Shown here piece by piece: positions 52,701 to 63,300 of a stretch of 64,000 bases of DNA (position 1 is its first letter; each line of letters begins with the position of its first letter). The position numbers and the translations under genes were made by a program. Origin of the DNA: Folioceros fuciformis (Eukaryota); NCBI GenBank assembly GCA_049999805.1, contig JBNGIO010005379.1, forward strand, positions 1 through 64,000, given 5' to 3'. The notes beneath the pieces are model-generated. The model saw nothing but the letters and a program-made list of their open reading frames with translations, had not been told where the DNA came from and did no database searches.

Positions 52701-53098
52701 TGAAGTTGGTGAGCAAAATGCCCGTCGTCGCCAACGCTGCTATCTGGCATACTCTATTGAATGCTTGTCGAAAGTGGAGGAACCTGGAGGTGGCGCGACA
52801 CGCTTTCGAAGAAGCAGTGAAGCTAGACGAAAAAGATGCGGCTGCATATGTGCTGATGTTCAATATGTACACCGGTGCCCAGATGTGGGAGCAGGCACAG
52901 ATGGTACAGTTGAGGAGGATGAAGGTCAGGGCATGGAAGCAGCCAGGTCAGAGCTGGTGGACCGACATGAACGGAGAGGTTCATAGTTTTTTGGTTGGGG
53001 ACGACAAGCTCAAACCAGAATCAAACACGTCTTGCGCTGAAAGAAGCCAGGATGTGGACCAGTCACGTGACCGGGAGGCATATCTGATGTTAGGATGA
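49748..53098 (+). CDS. Long PLS-class PPR with E domains and a truncated DYW:WW-type C-terminus (E+-like, no catalytic zinc motifs)
   Basis: First in-frame ATG at 49748; about 7 PLS triplets; ends WKQPGQSWWTDMNGEVHSFLVGDDK then an unrelated tail; no HxE or CxxC. Confidence 0.92.
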   Translation: MAVGNVVIRILGRAPAQVQPQSQAHVPCRNQRRPQLLAHKHAARYSSTWPSTPQPDEPGSGGRIRCAEYERGAAVTQLCDQGYITQAVEALGVLVQTRCCISKSLFSAVLKKCAFRKDLVLGRRVHAFAVRTGYQSDAVLGTSILRMYASHGRLQDAMDVFELVSEPDAFTWSAVISAHAKQGQDKLAVELYHRMRRSSVKPDGHVFVAVLQACARGHDLKTGQQVHAHLLATGTQPDCFVTTCLVNMYAKCGQLEDAHTLFDGLGQNQKHVVTWTALIAGYSQQGRGQEALRIYGAMQREGLTVPNSVTFVCLLQACSSVGAPALDKGRQLHAEIRDHGHQDDVFVANSLVNMYAKCGSLEDARRVFQGLRHKDVGTWNALIAGHAHHGKGQEALRLYDVMKHECSTTPDSMTFVCLLQACAAVGTPALEKGRQLHVQIREGGHEADMFLANNLVNMYAKCGSIEDAERVFHGLHQRDVVTWNAMIAGYSQQGMGWEALRVYTDMQEEASAPPNSVTFVCLLQACANVGSAGLEKGREIHAQIAESVHQADEFVANSLVNMYAKCGSLDDAQRVFDGLRRKDVVMWTALIAGYSQQDMGQKALHLYSAMQEEGTAVPNSLTFVSLLQACASVGTQALDKGKQIHMQIREQGHEADLFVANSLVNMYAKCGSLEDAHAVFDGLTQKDVVTWTALIAGYSQQNMSQEALRLYGAMQEDSMAVPNSMTFGYLLQACSNLGTPALDKGKQLHAEIRARGYQGDLFVANSLVNMYVKCGSLEDAHRVFDGMVEKDVVTWTALIAGYSQHGMGQEALRHYIAMQDEGITVPDPVTFVCLLQACANVAALHLGRQIHAQIEEQGLHHQAFIASSLINMYGKAGSMVNAQQVFDGLPHRETVAWSALIAGYASQGHSEIVFDLVQRMRDDGVQPVGVTFLSVLTVCSHAGQMAKGMEFFEAMSREYGVTRTVEHYTCMVDLLGRAGQVDEALKLVSKMPVVANAAIWHTLLNACRKWRNLEVARHAFEEAVKLDEKDAAAYVLMFNMYTGAQMWEQAQMVQLRRMKVRAWKQPGQSWWTDMNGEVHSFLVGDDKLKPESNTSCAERSQDVDQSRDREAYLMLG

Positions 53099-54349
53099 AA
53101 GACGGGGACAGCACCGAGATGCCCACGTCGTTGAAGAGACATAACTGGACATACGTCCGCAAGTGTTGTGAAGGACTTCCTCCGTGTTTGGTTGTGGCTG
53201 TGTTGTTATGTAGAGGAGAGTCGATGTATCCTCTGAAAGGGTGCAGGGACGGAAGTTGAAGTCGGACAGTTGTGTATGGTACAGGGCACAGCTGAAGGCG
53301 GGGTAGCCCCTCTGGCGCCCAGCAACGGCTGATGACAGACAGTAGAATCTGGAGCCTAACAGGTTGCAACGTCCACTAATCTTTCTATCGACAGCTCCCG
53401 CTCATCGCTCACCTGACCTGAAGGAAGCCACCATTGTGCATGATGGCTGACAACCATGAGCAAGCTGTGTGATCAGGGCCATGGATTTGTCATTTAGGCT
53501 GTTGAGGAGGCTTGGGAACTTTTGGTGCTTCCAAACAAAGCAGCGACCTGTGTTTCCAAATCCGCCTACTTCACTACTGCCTAATATGAATTTATGAGCA
53601 CCGTCGTGAAAAGAAGAGACCAGAAGCGTGTGGGTGTGGGTCACCTTCATGTGGTGCCATTCCATACTTTGGGCTCATGTCAAACAGGCAAGGACAAGTG
53701 GGCCTCATTGCATGCAATGGGTCCGACCAGATGGTCTAGTCTCGTCTGTTGTGGCCACCCCCTTCCGGCATGTGCAGGGGCATTTGTTGCAGCTGAAAAC
53801 TGGCCACGAACAGCTGTACATGCCTGCTTTCGGGGTTCAGACCAGAGTTGATCCCTTTGTGTGTGACTACACTTGCTTGGTGAACACAGTATGCGCCAAA
53901 TGCTCGCACACTGTTTGACAGGCTAGCACGCGAGCATGTCCTGGCTGGATTGCCCTTCTTAATTCTTATTGCAGGTATTCACAGCACGCCATGGATATTT
54001 TTTCCAAGATGCTCGACCACAGTCACGACAATACGGGGATCAGGACAATGCAAGTCACCCTGCGGATCGCACGATGATGAAGACGACACGACCTCGGTCA
54101 TGTCTGAAGTCACGGCCCTGGGAACGGGCCATCCACGGCATCAGCAATGGCGGGGTAGGGAACATGGGCTGTGTATCCGGGGCGAAGCGAGCATCAAGGG
54201 AATGGGACATGGCCTGGTACGGAGTGGGACACGCCTCTCGAGGAAATACGATCCCCCGTCCGACGAGCGGAAGACGTTGCGCTCGGTGATGGAGACATGG
54301 CCTTACCCGCAGCCGTAATAGCCATCGGGTGTCCATGCGAAGACGGTAG

Positions 54350-57300
54350 TCATGCGACAGAAGGCCTGAGCACCGGAGTGTCACCTAACACAGGTAACTC
54401 TTGCGAACTAGAAGGTTTGGTAACATTTTCTGGCTCAGCACCGTCATCTTCTTCTTCCTCTTCACTTTCTGTTTCGGCAAAGTAGTCGATGTTGAACTCG
54501 GGACCATCGCCTTCAGGCATTTCTGGTCCGCATTTGTAGTTCTCATGCCATATCTCAAGACCGGCGTTATCTTTCTCAGTTTTGGCGTCCAAGATCTCGA
54601 AGGCATCCAGTAGGAAAAGTCTCTTATCTACCTCTTTCCTTGTGTCCAAGTGCCGGGCTCTGTCAGCAAGTCGGAGTCCAGCATGCCTGGCCTCCCATGC
54701 TATTCTGTGTCGCCTCCGGTCCACATCCAGCAGTATTTCAGCATGATTTTGCCGAATTTGTTGTCTTCTAGCACGTAGTCTAGCCTCCTTTGCGGCTACC
54801 GTGTTGTCAGTGAGAACTCGCAACGCGGCTCTCCTTTTAGTGGCGTTCAGGTTATCACAGGCCTCACTGAGACTTGCACATACTTGCACTTCTCTTTCGC
54901 TCTCAAGAAAAATCTGTCTTCTTCTCATCCTTTCAGCGGCGGATTTGGCATCAAGGAACGAGTTGAAGGCATGGTTGCATGCGTGGAGCTCCCATTCTGT
55001 GGTCTTGTCTACATATCCAATTTTGGCCTGCAAGAACTGTCTTTTAGCTTCCCTTTCAGCAAGAGCTGCCCTCCTCTTCTGCCTTTGCCTCAATCTGTCG
55101 TTGCACAAGCGAGTTTCTAAATACGGCTCCGCGGGGTCATGCCTGTCCATCAGTTGTCTCTCCTTTTGCCTGGCCAACTGTCGCTTTCTGCAAAGCGTTG
55201 CTTCCTTTATCCTTTCAATGGATCTTTGTAACTCCTCTTCTTGCAAGGCTTTGCTTTCTTCTGCTCTCCCGTCGTCACCAACTTGCGCCTTCGCTCCGTC
55301 ATCTTTTTTCTGCTCATCCGGCTTGTCAGATTGGATGAGCAGCCCTTGATCTTGAGGAGCAGGAGCAAGAGTAGGAGTGGAAGATCCATTTGCGTACACC
55401 TGCTCTTGGGGTGGACCCTGCAAAGCAGACTCCTCCTGCCCCTCGGGACTAGTAAGCGTGGTTGGCTGTACATCCATTTGGCTGTCAGGTCGCGCCATGT
55501 CTTTTGGTTCCGCTGGGTTCGTCGAATCTATTTCTGCTTGACCTTTTGCTTTGCAGGATTGTAATCTCGTCTTCATGCGTTTCAAGCCTTTGCTGATGTA
55601 TTCACAGTTTCTAGGACAACAGTGTGATGTTATGGCTGTCATTTTCCTTTTAATCCTGCCCTCCACAGGGCTTGAAGCTGATGTAGGGTCAGGCCCAGGA
55701 CTGCTGGTGATGGTTGAAGCGTTTTGTACTGTGGGGGTTTTCTCTGTAGATGTGGTCCTACGAGTGTCCATGGGAGCTTGCGCGTTGGCTATAATCTTGT
55801 CATTCTCGCTCTTGAATCTAAAAGCCTCCAACTCAGGTTCATTTCCTGCTTGTGGTATCTCGTTGAATGATGTACTTTCCCCTTGCTCCTGGGTGCCATC
55901 TGCGAGAGACGGTGGTCCACTGTTTTCAGTAAAATCACCTTTGGAGAATCCAATTCCCTCTTGCTCCTGGCTCCCAATGACGGACGAACGTCCACTCTTG
56001 TTCTTGGAGGTTAGATCATCCAAGGCCACTAGAACAAAGCGTGCACGTGAAGTGATTGTCTCCTTGGAACCGTCCGCTCCGACGTCTTCAGTTTTGGTCA
56101 CGGATGCTCTAGCAATCATAATTTCGTTGTCTTGAAGGGCAAAGCTGCTCTTCTGCATTGGGGCATTCTTCTCTTCATTCTGCTCTTGATTTTGCACTGG
56201 GGCGACCTGCTCTTGATTCTGCACTGGGGCACTCTGCTCTCCTTTCTGCGCCGGGGCACCCTGCCCTTCATCTTCTTCCGCACCCTTAGCTCGCGCACCC
56301 TCCAAATGACCTTTCAGGCTAATAGGCAGGCAACAGCTGGATAGTTTGGGTACATGAAGTGACCGACGGGGGCGCTTTGGCTCTTCTTCTAGGCCTTGCA
56401 CCGAAGAGTCCCTTAGGTCATCCCCATGGCTGGAGAATGTCCCAAATGCTGACATGCCTGCCCCTGGGGCAACTTCGTGGGGACCTGCTCCCGGGTCTGC
56501 TTCTTGGGTCCCTGATGTCACAAGTGGACCGTGAGCCTGACCTTTACGGATATTTGCAGAGAGCGTCCCTTGTGCTGTTGTGGCTTTGCTATGTTTGCTG
56601 TCAGGTAGGTTAGACTCGATATGGTTGTCATGCATAGACGTGTCTTCCGTTCTGCCGAGTGCTTTTCTCTTAAACGGGTTACAACATGCTCTTCTATCAT
56701 CCTTTTGAGTGTGAGGCACATCCGCTCCTACACTTGCAGCCGGAGTGTCTGGCGCGTTCGACACAGCAGCTGTCTCAACACCGCTTTGGGTTGGTGGTCC
56801 AGTGGATGACAAACCAGGAAGTGGATCAGGCTGTGCGCCTCCTTCCTTACCATCCTCAGCCTGTTTCGTACCCCGGGGTGCCTTTCTTGTGAAGGGGTTG
56901 AAGTATGCTTCTCCATCGTCTTCCTGAGTTGCAGACATATGTGCTCCTGGACTTGCAGCCTGTGTGTCCAATGCCTTTGACACAGAAGCTTTCTCAAAGC
57001 TGCCCTGGTTTGTCGGCCCAATCGATGACCGACCATGAAGTGGATCAGGTTGTGTACCTCCTGCCGGATCCTGAAAAACGTCACCCACTTTCGTACTCTT
57101 AGATACTTTTCTTGTGAAAGGATTGCAGGATGCTCCTCTCCCGCTGTTATCTTTCTGAGTTCCAGACACATCTACTTCTGGACTCACAGGCTGCATGTCC
57201 AACGAGTTTGACACAACAATTGTCTCGACATTGGCTTCAGTTTCTGGTGTAGAAGAGGGCAAAGTATGAAAGGGATCAAGCTGTGCATCTCTTTCTTCAC

Positions 57301-60300
57301 CACCTTCAATCTCTTTCGTACTCCCAGGTCTTTTTCTTGTGAATGGGTTGCACAATACCCCTCCATCATCTTCCTGAGGTCTGGGCACAATTGCTCCTGG
57401 ACTTGAAGCCTGTGTGTCCAATGCCTTTGACGCAGAAGTTGTCTCAACTCTACTTTGGTTTATTGGCCCAATCGATGACAAGCCATGAAGTGGATCAGGT
57501 TTTGCACCTCGATCCGAATCCTGACCGACTTCACCCGCAGTCGTACTCTCAGATGCTCTTCTTGTGAAAGGGTTGCAGGATGCTGCTCTATCGATGTTAT
57601 CTTTCTGAGTTCCAGACACATCTACTTCTTGACTTGCAGCCTGTATGTTCAACGCGTTTGGCACAACACCTGTCGCAATATTGCCTTGAGTTTCTGGTGT
57701 AGAAGATGGCGAAGTATGAAAGGGATCTGGCTGTGCATCTCTTTCTTCGCCGCCTTTCATCTCTTTCGTACTTCCGGGTGGTTTTCTTGTAAAGGGGTTG
57801 CACCATGCTTTTCCATCATCCCTCTGAGTTCCAAGCACACGTGCTCCTGGACTTGCAGCTTCTGTGTCCAACGCCTTTGACGGTTCACGTGTCTCAGTAC
57901 TGACTAGGTTTGGTCGTCCAGTGGATGAAAAACCAGAAAATGGATGAGGTTGGATGTCTCGTTCTTGACTACCTTCAGCCTCGTTTGTACTCCTCTTTGC
58001 TTTTCTCGTGAAGGGGTTGCACCATACCCACTTATCATCCTCGTGAGTTCCAATGATATGTGCTCCTCGACTTTCAGCCGGTGTGTCCAGTGTGGTTGAC
58101 ACATCGGCGGATTCAGCTGTCTGAGCACTGCCTTGGTTTGGTCGTCCAATCGATGGCAAACTAGGAAGTGGATTAGGTGGTATGTCTCCTTCCTGACTAC
58201 TGATTGTCTCTTGTGTACTCATAGGTGCTTTTCTCGTAAATGGGTTGCACCATGCTCTTTCATCATCCTTATGAATTCCAGACACATCTTCTTCTGGACT
58301 TGCAGCCGGTGTGTCGAACGCGTTTGACAAAGCTTCTGTCTCAACACCGCCTTGATTTGGTGGTCCAGTAGATGACGTACCCGGAAGGAGATTAGGTTTT
58401 GATTCTTCCTCCTGACCACCTTCGGTCTGTTTCATACTCTTGGGTGTCTTTCTCGTGAAGGGGTTGCACCTTGTTACTCTATCATCTTTTTGTGTTTCGA
58501 TCACATCTGTTTCTGGACTTTCAGCCGGTTTGTCCAATGCGTTTGCGAGAATTGTTGTCTCGACACCGCCTTGGTTTGGTCCTCCATCGGATGGCAAATT
58601 AGGAAGTGGATCTCTTTGTATGTTTCCTTCTTGACCACCTTCAGTTGCAAAGGCCGACGATGCAAACATTGGCATCTGATCGGACTGCAAGTTGCTATCG
58701 TGATCTACATCTGATGGTTGCTGCAGGTTGGTGGATGGTTGAGACAGGAGAGGTGGATTAGCCTGTTGGCTATGTGTCACGCCCTGGTTTTTTGGCCACC
58801 CGCTGTTATGCAGATCGCTACCACTCACCTCAGAAGCTGGCAGGTTTGACTTGTATGCACTTGATTCACGTGTGCTGTCTGTAGGTGCCCCTGCTGTTCT
58901 TGCCAAAATGGTTCTCTCCTCTTTCGTTGTCTCAAAATTTTCACTGTCACTGGATTGATGCGTACGTATGTCAGAAACAGTTTGGTTGTCATGCACACAA
59001 ATGTCCTTTATGGTTGTCCTGTGGTCTCTTCTTTTGAAGGGAAAGCAACAGACTTGTTTGTTGACCTCCTGGTGTGGTCGTTCTCCAATCAAAACAGCAA
59101 ATGCCTGTGTGTTGACAGGGGATGCATCCACAGCAGCACCAGTTGCCTTCATTATTGCAAAGTCCGGAATGAGTGGTCCTGTGGATGCTAGAGTGGTAGC
59201 CTCATCTTGTGGTGCTGCATCTCCCGTATCACCTTTCTCAGTCAGAGCGCTATCTTCTCCTCTTGTTGAGGGGTAGCAGCGTGATGCTGTTGCGCTATCT
59301 CCTCTAGGATCCTGATGTTCAAGGATCGGAACACATGCAGCTGAAGATAGTGTTCCTTTGGTGAACACAGGTGGGCTTGTGCCAAGAACCTTGTCGACTT
59401 TGTCAATCTCCTCATTCTTGTCTCCTTGTATGCTACTAGCTGCCATGACGCTTTTATCATGTGTTGGTTCCTCTTCTGTTGCGTCAGTTTCATTTGGCTG
59501 TACGCCAGCATGTAAATTGCTTGATAAGCCAGCAGAGTGAAGGGCACTTGACGCTCTCGAGGTTGAGGCTGCTGGTGATTCTGTTGTCTGAATGATGTCT
59601 CCAGTTGGGTCTACCCTAGTCAATTCTTCTAGAGGTGAAGAGAGGTGATGGATCTGTATTCCATCTGGATCTGCGGAAATTGGGTTGCCATCAGATTTGG
59701 TTTGCATATCTCCAGGGAGCAAAGTCGGAGGTACCTTTTTGTCCACGATAGCTTCCGAGAAAATGGTCGTCGATTTCCTCATCTTAGTAGAATCACTCAC
59801 GTCTTGATCTTCCAGTGGGTAAACAGAGGTTTTGTGGTCTTCGAGAAGAATACTGTGTGATTCAAAGAGTACACCCTGTGGAAGTTTGACATCGGTATTT
59901 GTTGTTGGCTGTGTTGTGGGTGCGATTTGCGATGATCTTCCTCTTCCGTTGAGTTCAATTATGCTTTCTATCATAGTTCCTGAGTTGTCCTCCACATCCA
60001 TGAATATAAAACCTTGCAAGTTGTCATTCTGGTATGTATCTTGCACTGCTGTCGTGGGTCTTCCTTCATCTGTTATTTGAGAGGCATTATCCATTTTTTC
60101 CTTATCAGTACATGGGTCACGTGTACCGTAGCATTCACTCATCTTCGCTTGGCCTTCATTGGAACCTGAAGGTGGTTCGTCCTCAGGAATAATTGGATCT
60201 AAAATGCCCTTAGTTGTTGTTACTTCATTTGATTTCTGTTGCTCCAATTGATTCTGTATGGGGAGCTCAGGTGTGTATAGGACCTGAGCTTGAGGGGGCT

Positions 60301-63300
60301 GGACAGACATGGCAAAGGCTGAATCAAGGGTGCCCAAAGCTCCATCATCAACTGTCTGATTCTCTAGTATCAGTGTGTTAGAAGGGCAAGCTCCATTAGT
60401 ATCTGCTTCATTGATGCTCGGTTTGTCTAGCATTTGCTCAATCTCTGGCACTTGGTTACAAGTGGTTGGGATGTCAGTGGAAGTCCTACTGATCGTGCCC
60501 CCTTGAATGCTTTTAGTAAGCTTCTCCACAAAGCAGAAGGGACAGGGTCCTGGAACTTGACATAAACTTCTGTCTCCCTTCTTGTCTTCGCTTCGTTTAG
60601 CAATGCCATCATTACTCTCTTTGGACGCCTTTCTACAACCATCTCCCTGCTCAGAAGGGGCAACCTCGTTCTGTCCTTTCTCTACGCATGCAAACTCTTG
60701 ACTCTTGATTTCAGTAGCTGTCGTGTTCTCTGTGCTCATATGCGGACTCCCGTCTCCCTGTTCTTGTGAGATGTCGGAGGTCAACACCTGGCATGTGGTT
60801 TGTTCTCCCTGATGGTGGTCTTTGCTTAGGTCGGCTGATTCAATATTGCCAGCTCTTGAAGGCGAGCCTTCGCCAAGGAGATTGCCTCCATGGACCTCTC
60901 TCTCAATCTTAGCAACTTCATCATGCCTCCGCTGTGCCGAGTGCATAGCACAATTTTGACTTTTGGGTTCATCACGTGCCCCATGTGTTGTGCTCGTAGA
61001 ACCCTCGCCAATTCGTGTGTGACTTGCTTTTGAAACTTGTATACGCGACACACGAGCCTCAGTTTGGTCTTCTTGTGTGTTTAGTAATATGCCTTGTTCA
61101 CCTATGTTTTCTGCTGAATGTAAACTCGTACCGATCTCTGCGGGCACCTCTTTTTTTCCGATAGGTTCCAAGTCCTCACTCTTTTCTGGAGCCAGGTTGA
61201 TTGAATGTAGTCTAGTGGGTTCATCAGAACGCAGGTGTGAGCTTCCTTGTACAGGACGACTCGCTGGAATTCCGGTTTGCTTTTTCGGAATGTTTTTAGT
61301 CACTGTATCATTCGCTGGTGAAGCAAACATGGACAAGGTTTTGGTACTATTTCCATGTGGTGAAGGTGTTGATGGCTCTGATGGTGGGACTATGGGTTTT
61401 CCAAGGACTTCTGTGTCCTGTGTAGACTTCTCCTTCTCGTAAGAAGGGGGCGTCGCCATTGCCACTAAAACGAAGTGAGATGTCAGTACGCTGTGAACCA
61501 TATCTGTGGACGTAATTGCTTCTGCTATGATTTTGTCAGCTCCTTCGACCTCGGTAGGCAATTTTGGGTCTCCTGAATCAAATGCCGTGGTTGACGTCGA
61601 AGCTCTGGCAATCATATGTGCCTCATCGTCTTCAATTGCGGCTTCGTTTCTGTACTCGACGAGCGTCTCCTGTCCGTGTTGATTGCGTCCAACTTGATTA
61701 GAGATTGTATCGTGACATGATGAATCTGATTTTTCCTTGTCCGTAGCCAAAGATAGTCTTGAGTGGCGGTCTGCTCCAATTGTTTGAGGGTCCATGTGCT
61801 GAGCACGCTCTATTTCGGACGATTGCTCTCTTTGGTGAGTACTGGGTCTGTCTGGGATACCATGTCTTCCAAAATTCGCTTCCTTGGCTCCATATACCTG
61901 TGGTATGATGTCTATGGACGGCTGATGATCATGATCGCTCTCTCTTTTTTGCTTGGTAGTTATTAGCTCAGCATCGTTGCCAGGCGGTGTGGTCTCTTTG
62001 GTGCCTTGATGATCGCTCCCCCTTACTTCTTGCGTATTTAGCTCGTCCGTGTGGCCAGAATGCTGAGGAGTGCCGGAGTCGGCCTGGGTGATACTTTGTC
62101 TCCCAGTCTTGTAGAAGGAGCTACTCACTTTAAGCAGACCACCCTCAGTGATAGATAGGCCAGAGATAGAGAAACGTGGCTGCATTTCCTTACTATCAAG
62201 CTCAAGAATAGGCATGGGTACTGGACTGGTGCCTGGTTTGCTTTCCCCGGCTTGCTGAGCTCCGAAGGATATCTGGACAATCTCGTCCATGTTCACGTTG
62301 TCACTCTTCTTCTGGTCACTCTTCACGTGGTCTCTGCCTGGCGGTTTTTGTAACATGTGATGGAGAGGAGAAACCTCTGAAACTGCTCTCTCACCTTCAG
62401 AGGCACGTTGGAGAATGGGTTTCTCTTTATCATTGACCCCAGAAAATGCGGTTTCTAATGACTTCGCACGTAGTGCGGGCCTCATCTGCGTGCTAGAACG
62501 CATGATCCTGCTTCCTTGAGAAGAGCCGGCATCCTGCCTTGGTACCGTGCTGCTTTGTTCAACCTCATGCAGTCTGGGCACAATTGCTGCATGCTGCTTC
62601 TCATGTTCTTCACCTGTTGTTGTTTTGTGACTTGCTTGTTCCAAAGTTTTGCACCCTGAGTATGCAATTCGCACACCACTGTGGAAGGCCATGGCAACAT
62701 GATGTCCGCCAGATTCCATCTTCTCAACTAATATTGCGTCGGCCCTTGAGGCAATGCCAGGTTCAGCACCCTGATGCGTCGCAGTGTGACAAGTTAGTTG
62801 CCCAGTTATGCAAGACTCGCTCGTCTTTCTTAATCTTGTTGACGAGTAGTGATTTCCCGAGCTGGCTCTGCTACGCAGGTTACTTGTGTTCATGGTAGAA
62901 GTAATGTGCTCTCTATCGAGATGGTTCATGTCTTGTGTGCTTGCATTATGGTATGCGGACTCGAGTAACTGTGAATCCAGGAGTGTGGATCTTTCTTTTT
63001 TGGGAAATTTAGAGAGAAGACCATCGCTGGGACTTGTCTCGCCATAAGATCCGTCCCGGATGATCCCTCTCGACAAAGTGGGCTCAGTGGATGATATCGA
63101 GCGCTTGCCACCCATGGTCTCTCGCTGGGCTGTCGTGTTCCGTGAAACGGACAATGAAGGTTCCTGGCCTCCTCGCAAGTTAACACTGCGGCCTGCTTGA
63201 CTTGTGCCCTCGGGACCATCTACCTCAGACTTTGAAGACCTCTTTGTACCATTCGATGAAAGGCTAGAGCTGTCGGGATTCAAACTTGGCAACATGGTCC

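Noticed and set aside
53100-53950. Downstream remainder of the DYW:WW domain
   Set aside because: No HxE(K/R)LA, KNLR or CxxCH motifs visible in the ORFs I examined there.
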